From: Mobula birostris
Taxonomy: Eukaryota
Reading direction: 5' to 3'
NCBI RefSeq assembly: GCF_030028105.1
Contig: NC_092371.1
Location: 14,405,884-14,469,883 of the forward strand
Length of the DNA: 64,000 nucleotides
Of this stretch, positions 63,946-64,000 are shown one piece after another. The translations under genes and the position numbers were made by a program. The notes below the pieces were generated by a model. It worked only from the letters and a program-made list of their open reading frames with translations. It was not told where the DNA came from and did not search any database. Within the stretch, counting starts at the first letter, position 1, and each line of letters begins with the position of its first letter.

Positions 63946-63978
63946 ATCTACGCTCAGCTGGCGATTGATGCTAACTGA
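63946..63978 (+). CDS. Non-rearranging VJ-C1-TM receptor, terminal exon (IYAQLAIDAN*; YxxL motif)
   Basis: Acceptor ccattcccttacag|; phase 0 matches exon 5; encodes YxxL then TGA. The six exons total 873 nt = 290 aa + stop. Confidence 0.6.
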   Translation: MYAQLAIDAN

Positions 63979-64000
63979 TCTAGAAAGGCAGATTGAATAT

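Overview
Vertebrate genomic DNA. The repeat families and the Ig light-chain type point to a cartilaginous fish, probably a ray or skate (inference). Most of the window is nested transposable elements: CR1, Rex1/Babar, L1, Penelope-like, solo LTR-like elements, Tc1 remnants and SINEs. There is one 150-N gap. Three immune-type loci sit among the repeats. (1) 50913-63978 (+): an apparently intact six-exon gene for a non-rearranging antigen-receptor-like membrane protein. It has a leader, a germline-fused VJ domain, an IgL/TCR-like C1 domain, a Cys-containing stalk, an uncharged TM and a tail ending IYAQL (about 290 aa; all splice phases are consistent). (2) 29510-32063 (+): a germline-joined type I (sigma-cart/NS5-like) Ig light-chain gene with an intact leader and VJ but a TGG>TAG stop at the conserved C-domain Trp. 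(3) Heavily decayed minus-strand leader/VJ (21.4-22.4 kb) and C1/TM/tail (3.7-4.5 kb) remnants, possibly a dead paralog of (1). Structural oddities include a ~500-bp inverted duplication upstream of the IgL gene and a fold-back junction between two LTR copies. All calls come from manual reading and translation, with no database searches. Repeat boundaries are approximate unless a TSD is quoted.
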